NCBI GenBank assembly: GCA_964022225.1
Contig: CAXIBK010000001.1
Span: 1 to 34,200, forward strand
Length of the DNA: 34,200 nt
Direction: 5' to 3'
From: an uncultured Paraperlucidibaca sp.
Lineage (GTDB): Bacteria; Pseudomonadota; Gammaproteobacteria; Pseudomonadales; Moraxellaceae
Below, piece after piece: positions 16,488-26,628 of the stretch. A program made the translations under genes and the position numbers. The stretch's first letter is position 1; each line of letters opens with the position of its first letter. The notes under the pieces are model-generated. The model was not told where the DNA came from, searched no databases, and worked only from the letters and a program-made list of their open reading frames with translations.

Positions 16488-19097
16488 TTAAGTTAGCTGA
16501 GCGATGTCAATTTTATCTGCTTGTTCGGTGTACTCTTCCATCTTGTCAAAGTTCAGGTACTGATAAATCTCGCCTGACATTGATTCGATTTGCTTGGCGT
16601 ACTCCATGTACTCAGCCACGGTGGGTAGCTTGCCAATCACCGCAGCTACCGATGCCAGCTCAGCTGAAGCCAAGAACACATCGGCACCTTGGCCTAAGCG
16701 GTTGGGGAAGTTACGAGTCGAGGTCGACACGCAGGTGCTGTTGGGCGCCACGCGAGCTTGGTTACCCATGCACAACGAGCAGCCAGGCATTTCAGTACGA
16801 GCGCCAGCACGGCCATAGATATTGTAATAGCCTTCTTCCATGAGCTGATGCTGATCCATTTTGGTCGGCGGTGCGATCCAAAGTTTTGTGGTCAGTGAGC
16901 CGCCAGGGACCTTATCTAGCAGCTTGCCAGCAGCGCGGAAGTGACCAATGTTGGTCATGCATGAACCGATGAACACTTCATCAATTTTGGTGCCGGCAAC
17001 ATCAGACAGCAGCTTTGCGTCATCAGGGTCGTTCGGGCAGCAGAGCACAGGCTCTTTTACATCGGCCAGATCGATTTCGATGATTTCGGCGTACTCGGCA
17101 TCTTTGTCAGCACGCATCAAGCTTGGGTTGGCCAGCCATTTTTCCATGTTGCCAATGCGGCGCGCGATGGTGCGAGCGTCGCCATAACCATTGGAAATCA
17201 TCCATTTCAACATGGTGATGTTGGAGTTCAGATACTCTTTGACACTGGCTTCCGACAGCGTGATGGTGCAACCAGCAGCCGAGCGTTCAGCAGAAGCATC
17301 AGAAAGCTCAAAAGCTTGCTCAACGGTCAGCTCTTCTAGGCCTTCGATTTCCAGAATGCGGCCGTTGAAGGCGTTGATTTTGCCTTTCTTCTCAACTGTA
17401 AGCAGGCCTTTTTGAATGGCGTAGTAAGGGATCGCATGCACCAAGTCACGAAGCGTGATGCCTGGTTGCATTTTACCTTTGAAGCGCACCAGCACGGACT
17501 CAGGCATGTCTAATGGCATCACGCCGGTAGCGGCTGCGAAGGCCACCAAACCAGAACCGGCAGGGAAGGAGATGCCCAGTGGGAAGCGAGTGTGCGAGTC
17601 GCCGCCGGTGCCAACGGTGTCTGGTAGCAACATGCGGTTGAGCCAGGAGTGGATGATGCCGTCGCCTGGGCGTAGCGATACACCGCCGCGATTCATGATG
17701 AAGTCTGGCAGTGTGTGGTGTGTGCCAACGTCGACAGGCTTTGGGTAGGCGGCGGTGTGGCAGAACGATTGCATCACCAAGTCGGCTGAGAAGCCCAAGC
17801 AGGCCAAGTCTTTCAGCTCGTCGCGGGTCATTGGGCCGGTAGTGTCTTGCGAGCCCACGGTGGTCATTTTGGGCTCGCAGTAGGTGCCTGGGCGAACGCC
17901 TAGACCTTCTGGCAAGTTGCAAGCGCGACCAACCATTTTTTGTGCCAGCGTGAAGCCTTTTTTGGTATCCGTTGGCAGGTGTGGTTGGCGGAATAGCGTC
18001 GATGCAGTCAAACCTAAAGCTTCACGAGCACGGTTAGTCAAGCCACGACCAATAATCAGGTTGATACGGCCACCGGCGCGTACTTCATCCAGAAGTACAG
18101 GTGACTTTAGCTCAAAGTTGACGATAACTTCGTCAGTGCCGTGCTTGCAGATTTTGCCTTCGAATGGATAGATGTCGATGACATCGCCCATGTTTAGTGC
18201 GTTTACATCACACTCAAATGGTAAGGCGCCGGCATCTTCCATGGTGTTGAAGAAGATAGGGGCAATTTTGCTACCAATACATACACCGCCATCACGCTTG
18301 TTCGGAATATAGGGCAGGTCATTACCAGTGAGCCATAGCACGGAGTTGGTAGCTGATTTACGGCTTGAGCCTGTGCCAACTACATCGCCAACATAGGCGA
18401 CTGTGTGGCCTTTCGCTTTCAGCGCTTCGATCTGTTTGATCGAACCAACTTCGCCAGGCTTGTCGGGAGTAATGCCATCACGCGCGTTTTTCAGCATGGC
18501 GTTAGCGTGCAGCGGGATGTCTGGACGGCTCCATGCATCTTGCGCAGGCGACAGGTCGTCAGTGTTGGTTTCGCCGGTTACTTTGAACACGGTGACGGTG
18601 ATTTTTTGAGCAACGTCTGGGCGGTTGGTGAACCATTCGCCGTCGGCCCATGATTGCATGACGCCTTTGGCGTGCTCGTTGCCGGCTTTAGCTTTCTCTT
18701 CGACATCATGGAAAGCATCAAATACGAGTAGAGTCTTTTTCAGCGCAGTGGCGGCTTCAACGGCCAGGTTGGCATCGTCTAGCAGAGCAACCAATGGCGC
18801 CACGTTATAACCACCTAGCATGGTTCCGAGCAGATACACAGCGCGTTGCTTGCTAATGAGAGGTGACTCGGTCTTGCCGGTAGCAATTGCGGCTAAAAAG
18901 CCAGCTTTCACATAGGCAGCGGGGTCAACGCCTGGTGGAACACGGTTTTCTAGTAGGTCGACTAAAACGTCTTCTTCGCCCTTGGGTGGGTTTTTTAAAA
19001 GTTCTACTAGGGCGGCGACTTGTGCTTCATCTAATGGTTTTGGGGGTACGCCGAGGGCGGCGCGTTCGGCAACATGCTGACGATAGGCTTCAAGCAC
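16488..19097 (-). CDS. acnB: Aconitate hydratase B / 2-methylisocitrate dehydratase
   Basis: GTG start [14 protein letters not shown]; [32 protein letters not shown]; Fe-S ligands GSCMTN and PGCSLCMGN; [12 protein letters not shown]. Confidence 0.99.
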   Translation of the reverse strand: MLEAYRQHVAERAALGVPPKPLDEAQVAALVELLKNPPKGEEDVLVDLLENRVPPGVDPAAYVKAGFLAAIATGKTESPLISKQRAVYLLGTMLGGYNVAPLVALLDDANLAVEAATALKKTLLVFDAFHDVEEKAKAGNEHAKGVMQSWADGEWFTNRPDVAQKITVTVFKVTGETNTDDLSPAQDAWSRPDIPLHANAMLKNARDGITPDKPGEVGSIKQIEALKAKGHTVAYVGDVVGTGSSRKSATNSVLWLTGNDLPYIPNKRDGGVCIGSKIAPIFFNTMEDAGALPFECDVNALNMGDVIDIYPFEGKICKHGTDEVIVNFELKSPVLLDEVRAGGRINLIIGRGLTNRAREALGLTASTLFRQPHLPTDTKKGFTLAQKMVGRACNLPEGLGVRPGTYCEPKMTTVGSQDTTGPMTRDELKDLACLGFSADLVMQSFCHTAAYPKPVDVGTHHTLPDFIMNRGGVSLRPGDGIIHSWLNRMLLPDTVGTGGDSHTRFPLGISFPAGSGLVAFAAATGVMPLDMPESVLVRFKGKMQPGITLRDLVHAIPYYAIQKGLLTVEKKGKINAFNGRILEIEGLEELTVEQAFELSDASAERSAAGCTITLSEASVKEYLNSNITMLKWMISNGYGDARTIARRIGNMEKWLANPSLMRADKDAEYAEIIEIDLADVKEPVLCCPNDPDDAKLLSDVAGTKIDEVFIGSCMTNIGHFRAAGKLLDKVPGGSLTTKLWIAPPTKMDQHQLMEEGYYNIYGRAGARTEMPGCSLCMGNQARVAPNSTCVSTSTRNFPNRLGQGADVFLASAELASVAAVIGKLPTVAEYMEYAKQIESMSGEIYQYLNFDKMEEYTEQADKIDIAQLT

Positions 19098-19196
19098 AGT
19101 GGAATCCTCTGGATGGGGCGGTAAAAGCTAAACCACCACGATAATCGGCCCACTGAGGCCAACGCACACGATGGTTTAGTGTGAATTCGGCTGAAA

Positions 19197-19225
19197 ATTA
19201 TAATCTATAGGCGCACGAAAAGTAA
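19197..19225 (-). promoter_or_regulatory. Putative acnB sigma70 promoter
   Basis: - strand TTACTT (19225-19220), 17 bp, TATAAT (19202-19197). Confidence 0.5.
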
Positions 19226-19286
19226 GGTCGGCGCTCGTCCAATCGTCTGAGACTGACTAGCAGGCGCGCTGTATTTTCAGCGAGGC

Positions 19287-19739
19287 TTACTTAAATCCGT
19301 AGCGCTCATCTAGCATCCCTTTATCGAGCGGGTCTTTGGTGGCGTAGTCGCGAGGTGGCTCATAATACGAAAAGTCGCCCGACTCAATGCCTGCGTATGG
19401 ATTTGGAGCTTGTGGTTCTGGTGCGGGGCCAGATAGTGCAGCAAACTGATTGGCAGGGTTGTCTTCTCGGGCGCGCTTAGGGTCGTTGCACAGTACTTGA
19501 GCGCCTGTGCGCAGGTGCTCATGAATTTCCCGATAGCGCTGTGTCATTTCGTTCACTAATTGGGCCGAGTGTTCGAAATGCGTGCGTACATCGTTTTGAT
19601 AGTTTTCGTGGCGACTTTGCAGATCGGTGAGCAAAGCCTCTAGCTCGTGGCTGCGATGATCGGAGGTCCGACGCTTCATGTAGTAAGCGCCAACTGCAAC
19701 GCCAATGAAAAAGAATACTGTGCTCCACAACGCCGTCAT
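19287..19739 (-). CDS. zapG: YhcB/ZapG (DUF1043) membrane-anchored coiled-coil protein
   Basis: N-terminal TM; YQNDVRTHFEHSAQLVNEMTQRYREIHEHL..GA; C-terminal PPRDYA....GMLDERYG; divergent from zapE. Confidence 0.9.
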   Translation of the reverse strand: MTALWSTVFFFIGVAVGAYYMKRRTSDHRSHELEALLTDLQSRHENYQNDVRTHFEHSAQLVNEMTQRYREIHEHLRTGAQVLCNDPKRAREDNPANQFAALSGPAPEPQAPNPYAGIESGDFSYYEPPRDYATKDPLDKGMLDERYGFK

Positions 19740-19879
19740 CTGAACTCTCCCAATCGGCTAAATGCCGAGCTACCGCCTAAGCGCGTATTATTCATACAAA
19801 TAACAGCGTTGGCGATCAATGTGTGTATCTATACCATTCTCGCCGCTACTTGCGAAAGATCTACGTAGAGGACTTCGGC

Positions 19880-20566
19880 ATGGCCGGTAACGAAAACTCC
19901 CCCTTTAAGTACGCTGTCGGTGATCATCGGCTGACACTGTCCGGGCCGATGGGGCCGTTACAGGCCATTCTGTCTGTGCCGCCTCATGCTCGAGCTAAAT
20001 CCTTGGCAGTACTCTGCCATCCGCATCCGCTATTTGGCGGCACCATGGAGAATAAGGTCATTTTCACTGCCCATAGAGCGTGTCGCGATGCCAGCATAGC
20101 AAGCCTTAGATTCAACTTTCGTGGTGTAGGCGAAAGTGCCGGAGAGTTTGATCATGGCGCGGGCGAGCAGCATGATGTGCTGGCGGTGCTGGCTTGGGCG
20201 CAGGCGACATTAGGCATTGAAGAACTTACGCTTATTGGTTTTTCTTTCGGTGCCTTTGTGGCGGCGATGGTTTGGGTTAAGGCAACCCAGGCATCTTTGC
20301 GTGGCCGCTCGCTGATGCTGATTGCGCCGCCTGTGACGCGCTTTCCAATGATCGGTCTTCAGTTGCCAGAAGGCGCGCGAGTGATTTATGGCAATGAGGA
20401 TGAGGTTGTTGATCCACAGGCGATTAGTGACTGGTTGGAAACGCAAAATGCTGAAATTGAGGATCGTGTGATGATGGGGGCCAGTCATTTTTTCCATGGT
20501 CGCTTGACCGATTTGCGTGATTGGATTCGCCACGGTATTGAAGAGGGAGAAGGCCGTAATGGCTGA
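19880..20566 (+). CDS. Alpha/beta hydrolase (conserved neighbour of zapE)
   Basis: CHPHPLFGGTMENKV, RFNFRGVGES.G, GFSFG, DEVV, HFFHG; ATG 19880 after GAGG. Confidence 0.9.
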   Translation: MAGNENSPFKYAVGDHRLTLSGPMGPLQAILSVPPHARAKSLAVLCHPHPLFGGTMENKVIFTAHRACRDASIASLRFNFRGVGESAGEFDHGAGEQHDVLAVLAWAQATLGIEELTLIGFSFGAFVAAMVWVKATQASLRGRSLMLIAPPVTRFPMIGLQLPEGARVIYGNEDEVVDPQAISDWLETQNAEIEDRVMMGASHFFHGRLTDLRDWIRHGIEEGEGRNG

Positions 20567-21686
20567 TGTGCAAAACCGAAGTGGTCATCTTGGGCCATTG
20601 CCAAGCTATGAGTTACTCATAGCACAAGAGGGCTACGCCGCTGATCCTGCGCAAAGAGAAGCGGTTGAGGGCTTGCAGCAGGTGTTCGATGAACTCCTAG
20701 CGCGCTATGAGCGTGCCCAGCGCGTGCGAGGCCCTGCGCGGATGCGAGAAATCAGGCGTCAAAAGTTGCCCGCGCAAGGCTTGTATTTATGGGGCGGAGT
20801 GGGGCGTGGTAAGACGTGGCTAATGGATTTATTTTTTGAGTCAGTGCCGTTTCGCCGCAAACTGCGTGTGCATTTTCATCGCTTTATGCAGCGAGTTCAC
20901 CTTCAATTAAAAGAACTGCAGGGCACAAAAGACCCGCTCACGCAGGTTGCCAATACTTTGCACGACGAGGCTGTCGTTATTTGCTTCGATGAGTTTTTCG
21001 TCACCGATATTGCTGATGCAATGATTTTAGGTGGATTGTTCGAGCGTTTGTTTGCGCGCGGCGTGACCTTGGTGGCCACATCAAATATCGTGCCCGAGCG
21101 ATTGTATGAAAACGGCCTGCAGCGCCAGCGCTTCCTTCCTGCCATTGCGCTAGTGCAAACGCATTGCAGAGTGCTCAATGTGGATGCCGGTATCGACTAT
21201 CGATTGCGAGTGTTAACGCAGGCGGCGCTGTATTACACACCATTAAACGATGCCACTGCGCAGGCTTTGCAGGCGCGATTTAATGAGTTAACGCTCGGTC
21301 AAAGCGTGGAAAACTCGCCGCTTAATATTAATGATAGGGCTGTCGAGGTGCTTGGTCGCAGCGATGATGTGCTCTGGGTTAGTTTTGCTGAGCTTTGCGA
21401 AGAGCCTAGAAGCGCTCATGACTATATTGAATTGGCGCGTGTGTATCATTCAGTAGTGATGGTTGGTATTCCTAGGCTGGGTGTTGATAACGACGATGCC
21501 GCCAGGCGCTTTATTAACTTGATCGATGAGTTTTATGATCGCTGCGTTAATTTGGTGGCATCTGCTGAGCTCCCTATTTTGTCGCTATATTCAGGTGGGC
21601 GTTTGAGCTTTGAGTTTGAGAGAACCCAGAGTCGATTGCAGGAAATGCAATCCAGCGACTATCTGATGCGTCCACATCGGCCTTGA
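20559..21686 (+). CDS. zapE: Cell division ATPase ZapE (AFG1 family)
   Basis: Walker A GGVGRGKT, HFHRFM, Walker B ICFDEFFV, ATSN, LYENGLQR, ARRFI.LIDEFYD, FERTQSRL.EMQS. Confidence 0.95.
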   Translation: MADVQNRSGHLGPLPSYELLIAQEGYAADPAQREAVEGLQQVFDELLARYERAQRVRGPARMREIRRQKLPAQGLYLWGGVGRGKTWLMDLFFESVPFRRKLRVHFHRFMQRVHLQLKELQGTKDPLTQVANTLHDEAVVICFDEFFVTDIADAMILGGLFERLFARGVTLVATSNIVPERLYENGLQRQRFLPAIALVQTHCRVLNVDAGIDYRLRVLTQAALYYTPLNDATAQALQARFNELTLGQSVENSPLNINDRAVEVLGRSDDVLWVSFAELCEEPRSAHDYIELARVYHSVVMVGIPRLGVDNDDAARRFINLIDEFYDRCVNLVASAELPILSLYSGGRLSFEFERTQSRLQEMQSSDYLMRPHRP

Positions 21687-21816
21687 GTGCACATGATACG
21701 GTGCAATGAAACATGCTTTGAGTCGATAAGATCTCTGCAGCCGCGCGCTATTGCTCAGGTGCTGAGCTAATTTATGCAGCAATGGCTGAGACTGCGAAAA
21801 AATCTTTAAGCAGTCA

Positions 21817-21845
21817 TTGCCAATGGTCTCGTCCTTGGGTAACAT
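21817..21845 (+). promoter_or_regulatory. Putative rplM-rpsI promoter
   Basis: TTGCCA, 17 bp, TAACAT, about 70 nt upstream of rplM. Confidence 0.6.
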
Positions 21846-21913
21846 TCGCGACCTCATTGCGGTGACAACATTTTTGGGTTGCCGCACAACACGATTTTTG
21901 AAGGCAAGTTGAC

Positions 21914-22342
21914 ATGAAGACTATCAGTGCCAAGCCTGAGACCGTAAAGCGTGACTGGTTTGTGGTTGACGCAAACGGTAAAACGCTGGGTCGTCTAGCT
22001 TCCGCTATTGCCGTGCGTCTGCGCGGTAAGCACAAGCCAGAATTTACTCCGCACGTCGACACTGGCGATTACATTGTTGTCGTGAATGCTAGCAAAATAG
22101 CTGTCACTGGCAATAAAGTGCAGGACAAAATGTACTGGCACCACACAGGCTTTCCTGGTGGTATCAAAGGCGTGAACTACGAGAAGTTATTGGCTCATCG
22201 CCCTGAAGCTCCTCTGGAAATCGCCGTTAAAGGCATGCTGCCAAAAGGCCCATTGGGTCGTGATATGCTGGCTAAGTTAAAAGTGTATGGTGGTGCTGAG
22301 CATCCCCATTCCGCCCAACAGCCGCAAGAACTGAATATCTGA
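21914..22342 (+). CDS. rplM: 50S ribosomal protein L13
   Basis: [53 protein letters not shown]. Confidence 0.99.
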   Translation: MKTISAKPETVKRDWFVVDANGKTLGRLASAIAVRLRGKHKPEFTPHVDTGDYIVVVNASKIAVTGNKVQDKMYWHHTGFPGGIKGVNYEKLLAHRPEAPLEIAVKGMLPKGPLGRDMLAKLKVYGGAEHPHSAQQPQELNI

Positions 22343-22353
22343 GCGCCTAAGCT

Positions 22354-22740
22354 ATGACAATGAATTACGGTACTGGCCGTCGCAAAACTGCGACAGCACG
22401 CGTGTTTATCACTCCGGGTAAAGGCGACATCGTCGTTAATGACCGCCCGTTGGATACTTACTTTGGTCGTGAAACTGCTCGTATGGTGGTGCGTCAGCCA
22501 CTAGAGTTGGTTGAGCTTCTGACTCAATTCGACATCAAAGTCACCGTTGCTGGTGGTGGTATCGGCGGTCAAGCTGGTGCAATTCGTCATGGCATTACTC
22601 GTGCTTTGGTGGAATACAATGAAGAGCTAAAATCGCCACTGCGTAAAGCAGGCTTCGTAACGCGTGATGCGCGTGAGGTTGAGCGTAAGAAGCTTGGTCT
22701 GCGTAAAGCACGTAAGCGTCCACAGTACTCGAAGCGTTAA
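22354..22740 (+). CDS. rpsI: 30S ribosomal protein S9
   Basis: [41 protein letters not shown]. Confidence 0.99.
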   Translation: MTMNYGTGRRKTATARVFITPGKGDIVVNDRPLDTYFGRETARMVVRQPLELVELLTQFDIKVTVAGGGIGGQAGAIRHGITRALVEYNEELKSPLRKAGFVTRDAREVERKKLGLRKARKRPQYSKR

Positions 22741-22770
22741 TCTGCTCGGCACAAGTTGCCGGAGTCGATA

Positions 22771-22806
22771 CAAAAAGCCCGCTTGGTTTTGCCAGCGGGC
22801 TTTTTG
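22771..22806 (+). terminator. Intrinsic terminator after rpsI
   Basis: CAAAAAGCCCGCT...AGCGGGCTTTTTG. Confidence 0.9.
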
Positions 22807-22866
22807 CATTTGGTCTATTTTCTGCGTAATGAGCGGAAACTCTGTGTGGATATGGCTTTCTTTACC

Positions 22867-22895
22867 TTGTCAGTCCCATGCTATTTCATTACCAT
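22867..22895 (+). promoter_or_regulatory. Putative petABC promoter
   Basis: TTGTCA, 17 bp, TACCAT. Confidence 0.5.
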
Positions 22896-22976
22896 GTGTG
22901 GGCTTTTTCAAGCTCCGCCAGGTGCCAGCGCGTGCCTCTAAATGGCGGCCTTAAGCTGATTCGGAGAGTGCGTCTA

Positions 22977-23567
22977 ATGAGTACTGACGGCGTAAATGTT
23001 GATCGCCGCCGCCTGCTGATTGGTGCCACAGCTGCTGTAGGTGCTGTGGGCGTCGCAGGGGTAGCAGTTCCCTTTGTAAAATCCTGGAATCCGAGCGCCA
23101 AGGCGAAAGCCGCTGGTGCACCTGTCGTCGCTGACATTAGTCAGATCGAGCCCGGTCAGCGTGCCGTGTTTGAATGGCGCGGTAAGCCTGTTTGGGTGGT
23201 GCGTCGCACGCCTGAAATGCTAAAGCTATTGTCTACGCACGACAGTAAGCTGAACGACCCTAATTCTGATGTTGAAACTCAGCAGCCTGCTTACGCTAAG
23301 AACCCCACGCGTTCAATCAAGCCTGAATTTTTGGTGTTGACTGGTATCTGCACGCACTTGGGTTGTTCACCATTGTATCGCCCTGAAGTTGCTGCTGCCG
23401 ATTTAGGCGCGGATTGGGTTGGTGGGTTCTTTTGCCCATGCCACGGCTCACGCTTTGATTTAGCTGGTCGTGTCTTTAGTGGTGTGCCTGCGCCAACAAA
23501 CTTAGTGGTGCCGCCTTACCGCTATGCAACAGACTCTGTGATTGTGATTGGTGAGGATACCGTCTGA
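22977..23567 (+). CDS. petA: Rieske 2Fe-2S subunit of the cytochrome bc1 complex
   Basis: Tat motif DRRRLL, CTHLGC, CPCHGS; ATG 22977 after GGAG. Confidence 0.98.
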   Translation: MSTDGVNVDRRRLLIGATAAVGAVGVAGVAVPFVKSWNPSAKAKAAGAPVVADISQIEPGQRAVFEWRGKPVWVVRRTPEMLKLLSTHDSKLNDPNSDVETQQPAYAKNPTRSIKPEFLVLTGICTHLGCSPLYRPEVAAADLGADWVGGFFCPCHGSRFDLAGRVFSGVPAPTNLVVPPYRYATDSVIVIGEDTV

Positions 23568-24799
23568 TGGCAAATCTAGGTAAAAGCCTTATGGGCTGGG
23601 TAGATGCGCGCTTCCCTGCGACTGAAACCTACGAATATCACATGTCGAAGTACTACGCTCCAAAGAACTTCAACTTCTGGTATTTCTTTGGCGTGTTGTC
23701 GATGATTGTGTTGGTTAACCAGTTGGTTACCGGCATCTGGTTGACGATGTCATACAACCCGTCTGGCGAGGGTGCATTTGATTCTATCGAATACATCATG
23801 CGTGACGTCGAGTACGGCTGGCTATTGCGCTATATGCATTCCACTGGCGCGTCTGCATTCTTTGTCGTGGTTTATCTGCACATGTTTCGCGGATTGCTCT
23901 ACGGCTCTTACAAAAAGCCACGTGAGCTGGTGTGGTTATTCGGTATGGCCATCTACTTGGCGCTAATGGCGGAAGGCTTTTTCGGCTATCTGCTGCCATG
24001 GGGCAATATGTCCTATTGGGGCGCACAAGTTATTCTGAACTTGGCCGGTGCTGTGCCTGTTGTCGGCGAGCAGCTGGTCACTTGGGTTCGCGGTGACTAT
24101 CTGATTTCTGGCATCACCTTGAACCGATTCTTCGCACTTCACGTGGTAGCGATTCCTCTGGTTCTTGTGGCTTTAGTGTTTATGCACTTGGTTGCATTAC
24201 ACCATGTGGGCTCAAACAACCCTGATGGCGTTGATATCAAGAAAGTGAAAGGCGAAGACGGCATTCCACTTGATGGCATTGCGTTCCATCCTTACTACAC
24301 CGTGCATGACTTGGTCGGTATTGTGGTGTTCTTGGCGGCTTTCTCGGCAGTGTTGTTCTTCTTTCCAGACGGTGGCGGTTACTTCTTGGAGCGTCCAAAC
24401 TTCGAGCCTGCTAACCCACTGAAGACTCCCGATCATATTGCGCCAGTGTGGTACTACACCCCGTATTACGCGATTTTGCGTGCAGTTCCCTCCAAACTTG
24501 GTGGTGTGATTGCCATGGGTGCGGCGATTGCCATTCTCTTTGTTCTGCCTTGGCTGGATAAGAGCCCGGTGAAGTCGATGCGCTACAAAGGCACGCAAAG
24601 CAAGATTTGGCTGACACTGTTTGTGATTAGCTTCTTAGGATTAGGCTATTTGGGTGCTGTGCCGTCAGATCCAGTGAAAACGGTTATCGCGCAAATTTTA
24701 ACGATCATCTATTTCTTATTCTTCTTGCTGATGCCGTTCTATACGTCCATGGAGAAAGTGAAGCCTGTGCCTGATCGCGTTACTGGGGGATCACACTAA
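23567..24799 (+). CDS. petB: Cytochrome b
   Basis: GWLLRYMHSTGAS, YLHMFRG, WGNMSYWGA, RFFALH, LHHVGSNNP, TPDHIAPVWY. Confidence 0.99.
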   Translation: MANLGKSLMGWVDARFPATETYEYHMSKYYAPKNFNFWYFFGVLSMIVLVNQLVTGIWLTMSYNPSGEGAFDSIEYIMRDVEYGWLLRYMHSTGASAFFVVVYLHMFRGLLYGSYKKPRELVWLFGMAIYLALMAEGFFGYLLPWGNMSYWGAQVILNLAGAVPVVGEQLVTWVRGDYLISGITLNRFFALHVVAIPLVLVALVFMHLVALHHVGSNNPDGVDIKKVKGEDGIPLDGIAFHPYYTVHDLVGIVVFLAAFSAVLFFFPDGGGYFLERPNFEPANPLKTPDHIAPVWYYTPYYAILRAVPSKLGGVIAMGAAIAILFVLPWLDKSPVKSMRYKGTQSKIWLTLFVISFLGLGYLGAVPSDPVKTVIAQILTIIYFLFFLLMPFYTSMEKVKPVPDRVTGGSH

Positions 24800-25467
24800 T
24801 GAAAAAGTTGATCATGACTCTTGTCTTGTCGATAGCACCGGTTTGGGCATTTGCCTCAGCTGGTGGCGCCTGCGGTGAGCTGCACGAATGCGAAGTCGCG
24901 CCGATCAATCTGCACGATAAAGCATCATTACAGAAAGGCGCTCAGCTTTTCTTAAGCTACTGTTCAGGTTGCCATAGCGCGAAGTACTTACGTTACGAGC
25001 GCATGTCGCAAGACTTAGACATCGACCCTGCGTTGGTTGAGAAGTACATGATGTTTACGAGTGATAAAATCGGCGACCCGATTAACTCGCACGTAAATCC
25101 GAAAGATCAAGCCAAATGGTTTGGTAATGCGCCACCTGACCTATCTCTGGAAACACGTTTCCGTTCGCCAGATTGGGTGTATAGCTATTTGCTTAACTTC
25201 TATCCAGACGATAAGCGTCCATGGGGTGTAAACAACCGCGTCTTTAAAGATGTTGGTATGCCTCATGTGTTACAACCGCTGGAGAAAGAGTTGGGTCCTG
25301 AGGGTTATGAAGAAGCTATGGGCGACCTAGTTAACTTCATGACGTATATGGCTGAACCTTCACGAACTACACGTGAAGCCATGGGTTTTTGGGTATTACT
25401 ATTCTTGGCAATACTCTTTATTCCTGTGTACTTCCTGAACAAAGAGTTCTGGAAAGACGTTAAATAA
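24799..25467 (+). CDS. petC: Cytochrome c1
   Basis: Signal peptide, heme motif CSGCH, PPDLSL, axial Met in GMPHVL, C-terminal TM and NKEFWKDVK. Confidence 0.97.
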   Translation: MKKLIMTLVLSIAPVWAFASAGGACGELHECEVAPINLHDKASLQKGAQLFLSYCSGCHSAKYLRYERMSQDLDIDPALVEKYMMFTSDKIGDPINSHVNPKDQAKWFGNAPPDLSLETRFRSPDWVYSYLLNFYPDDKRPWGVNNRVFKDVGMPHVLQPLEKELGPEGYEEAMGDLVNFMTYMAEPSRTTREAMGFWVLLFLAILFIPVYFLNKEFWKDVK

Positions 25468-25500
25468 TCCCACATCGGCATTTGCCGGCTGTGGTCTTGA

Positions 25501-25540
25501 GCAGAAGGGCGCGCGCTTTACGGTGCCGCCCTTTTGCTTT
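25501..25540 (+). terminator. Probable terminator after petC
   Basis: GCAGAAGGGCG...CGCCCTTTTGC followed by T runs. Confidence 0.65.
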
Positions 25541-25578
25541 TGCGCTTATGAGTTGAGCGCTTGCTAGGGGGATTTAAG

Positions 25579-26214
25579 ATGGCGACGGTTACACGACGCG
25601 CGTCAATGACTTTTTATTCGGAAGCGGCCGATCATTACAGCCACCGCGTACGCTTTGTATTGGCCGAAAAAGGTGTTTCAGTCGATGTAGTGAGTGTTAC
25701 TGCAGGCAATCGCCCAGCTGATTTAGCAGATTTGAATCCGTATAACGAGCTACCGGTATTGGTCGATCGTGACTTATCGCTTTATGAAACCAAAGTCATG
25801 ATGGAATACCTTGATGAGCGCTTCCCGCATCCACCATTGCTACCGATTTATCCGGTTGCGCGCGCGCAGGCAAGGCTATTGGCCTATCGCATCGAGAAGG
25901 ATTGGTGCTCGCAAGTCGATGCCATTTTGTCGGGCAAGTTAAAAGATGCTGCTTTGCAGAAGGCGCAAAGATCTCTACGTGATAGCTTGATTACGGTTGC
26001 TCCAATTTTTAACGAAATGCCGTTTTTCATGAGCGAAGAGTTTTCCTTGCTCGATTGCATGTTGGCACCAATCTTATGGCGTTTGCCGGTAATGGGCATT
26101 GAACTACCAGAGCGTTCATGCAAAGGCATGGTGCGTTATATGGGACAGATCTTTCATCGTGATGGTTTTTTAGCCAGCTTGACCGATGTTGAACGCGATA
26201 TGCGTCGAGGCTGA
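25579..26214 (+). CDS. sspA: Stringent starvation protein A
   Basis: SHRVRFVLAEKG, LNPY, LVDRDL.LYE, EYLDERFPHPPLLP, FFMSEEFSL.DC; ATG 25579. Confidence 0.97.
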   Translation: MATVTRRASMTFYSEAADHYSHRVRFVLAEKGVSVDVVSVTAGNRPADLADLNPYNELPVLVDRDLSLYETKVMMEYLDERFPHPPLLPIYPVARAQARLLAYRIEKDWCSQVDAILSGKLKDAALQKAQRSLRDSLITVAPIFNEMPFFMSEEFSLLDCMLAPILWRLPVMGIELPERSCKGMVRYMGQIFHRDGFLASLTDVERDMRRG

Positions 26215-26219
26215 AGCCA

Positions 26220-26627
26220 GTGATGCAGCTGAAAGGTACGCGCCCTTACTTTATTCGTGCCATCTATGAGTGGTTAGTCGATGCTGACTTTACGCCATAC
26301 TTATTGGTCGATGCGTATTGGCCGGGCTGCGAGTTGCCCCAACAGTTTGTTGAGGATGGCCGCATCGTGCTCAACGTTAAGCCTTCGGCTGTGCGCGACT
26401 TAGTTTTAGGTAATGAAGCGATCATGTTTTCAGCGCGTTTTGGTGGCATGCCAATGGCGATCCTGGTACCAGTGGGTGCAGTACTAGGTATTTATGCAAA
26501 AGAAAATGGTGAAGGTCTATTTTTCGATGCTACGGAGTACTCGCCTGAGCCACCGCCAATCACCGAGGCTGAGCCTGCAACAGAAAAGGCCGCGAAACCG
26601 CGGCCTTTTCTCAGTGTGGTGAAATAG
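26220..26627 (+). CDS. sspB: ClpXP specificity adaptor SspB
   Basis: RPYFIRAIYEW, TPYLLVDA, IVLN, FSARFGG, IYAKENG.G, C-terminal XB-like RPFLSVVK. Start may be ATG 26223. Confidence 0.96.
   Translation: MMQLKGTRPYFIRAIYEWLVDADFTPYLLVDAYWPGCELPQQFVEDGRIVLNVKPSAVRDLVLGNEAIMFSARFGGMPMAILVPVGAVLGIYAKENGEGLFFDATEYSPEPPPITEAEPATEKAAKPRPFLSVVK
26582..26611. terminator. Perfect hairpin inside the sspB 3' coding region; probable terminator of the convergent dolP operon
   Basis: AGAAAAGGCCGCG-AAAC-CGCGGCCTTTTCT: 13-bp perfect stem ending TTTTCT on both strands. Confidence 0.65.
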
Positions 26628-26628
26628 C

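Noticed and set aside
16421-19144. Many short ORFs opposite or out of frame within acnB
   Set aside because: Typical shadows of a codon-biased, highly expressed gene; no motifs; one runs across a terminator.
22627-22976. Short ORFs and an extended petA N-terminus between rpsI and petA
   Set aside because: They overlap the rpsI terminator and the petA promoter; the RBS and Tat motif support ATG 22977.
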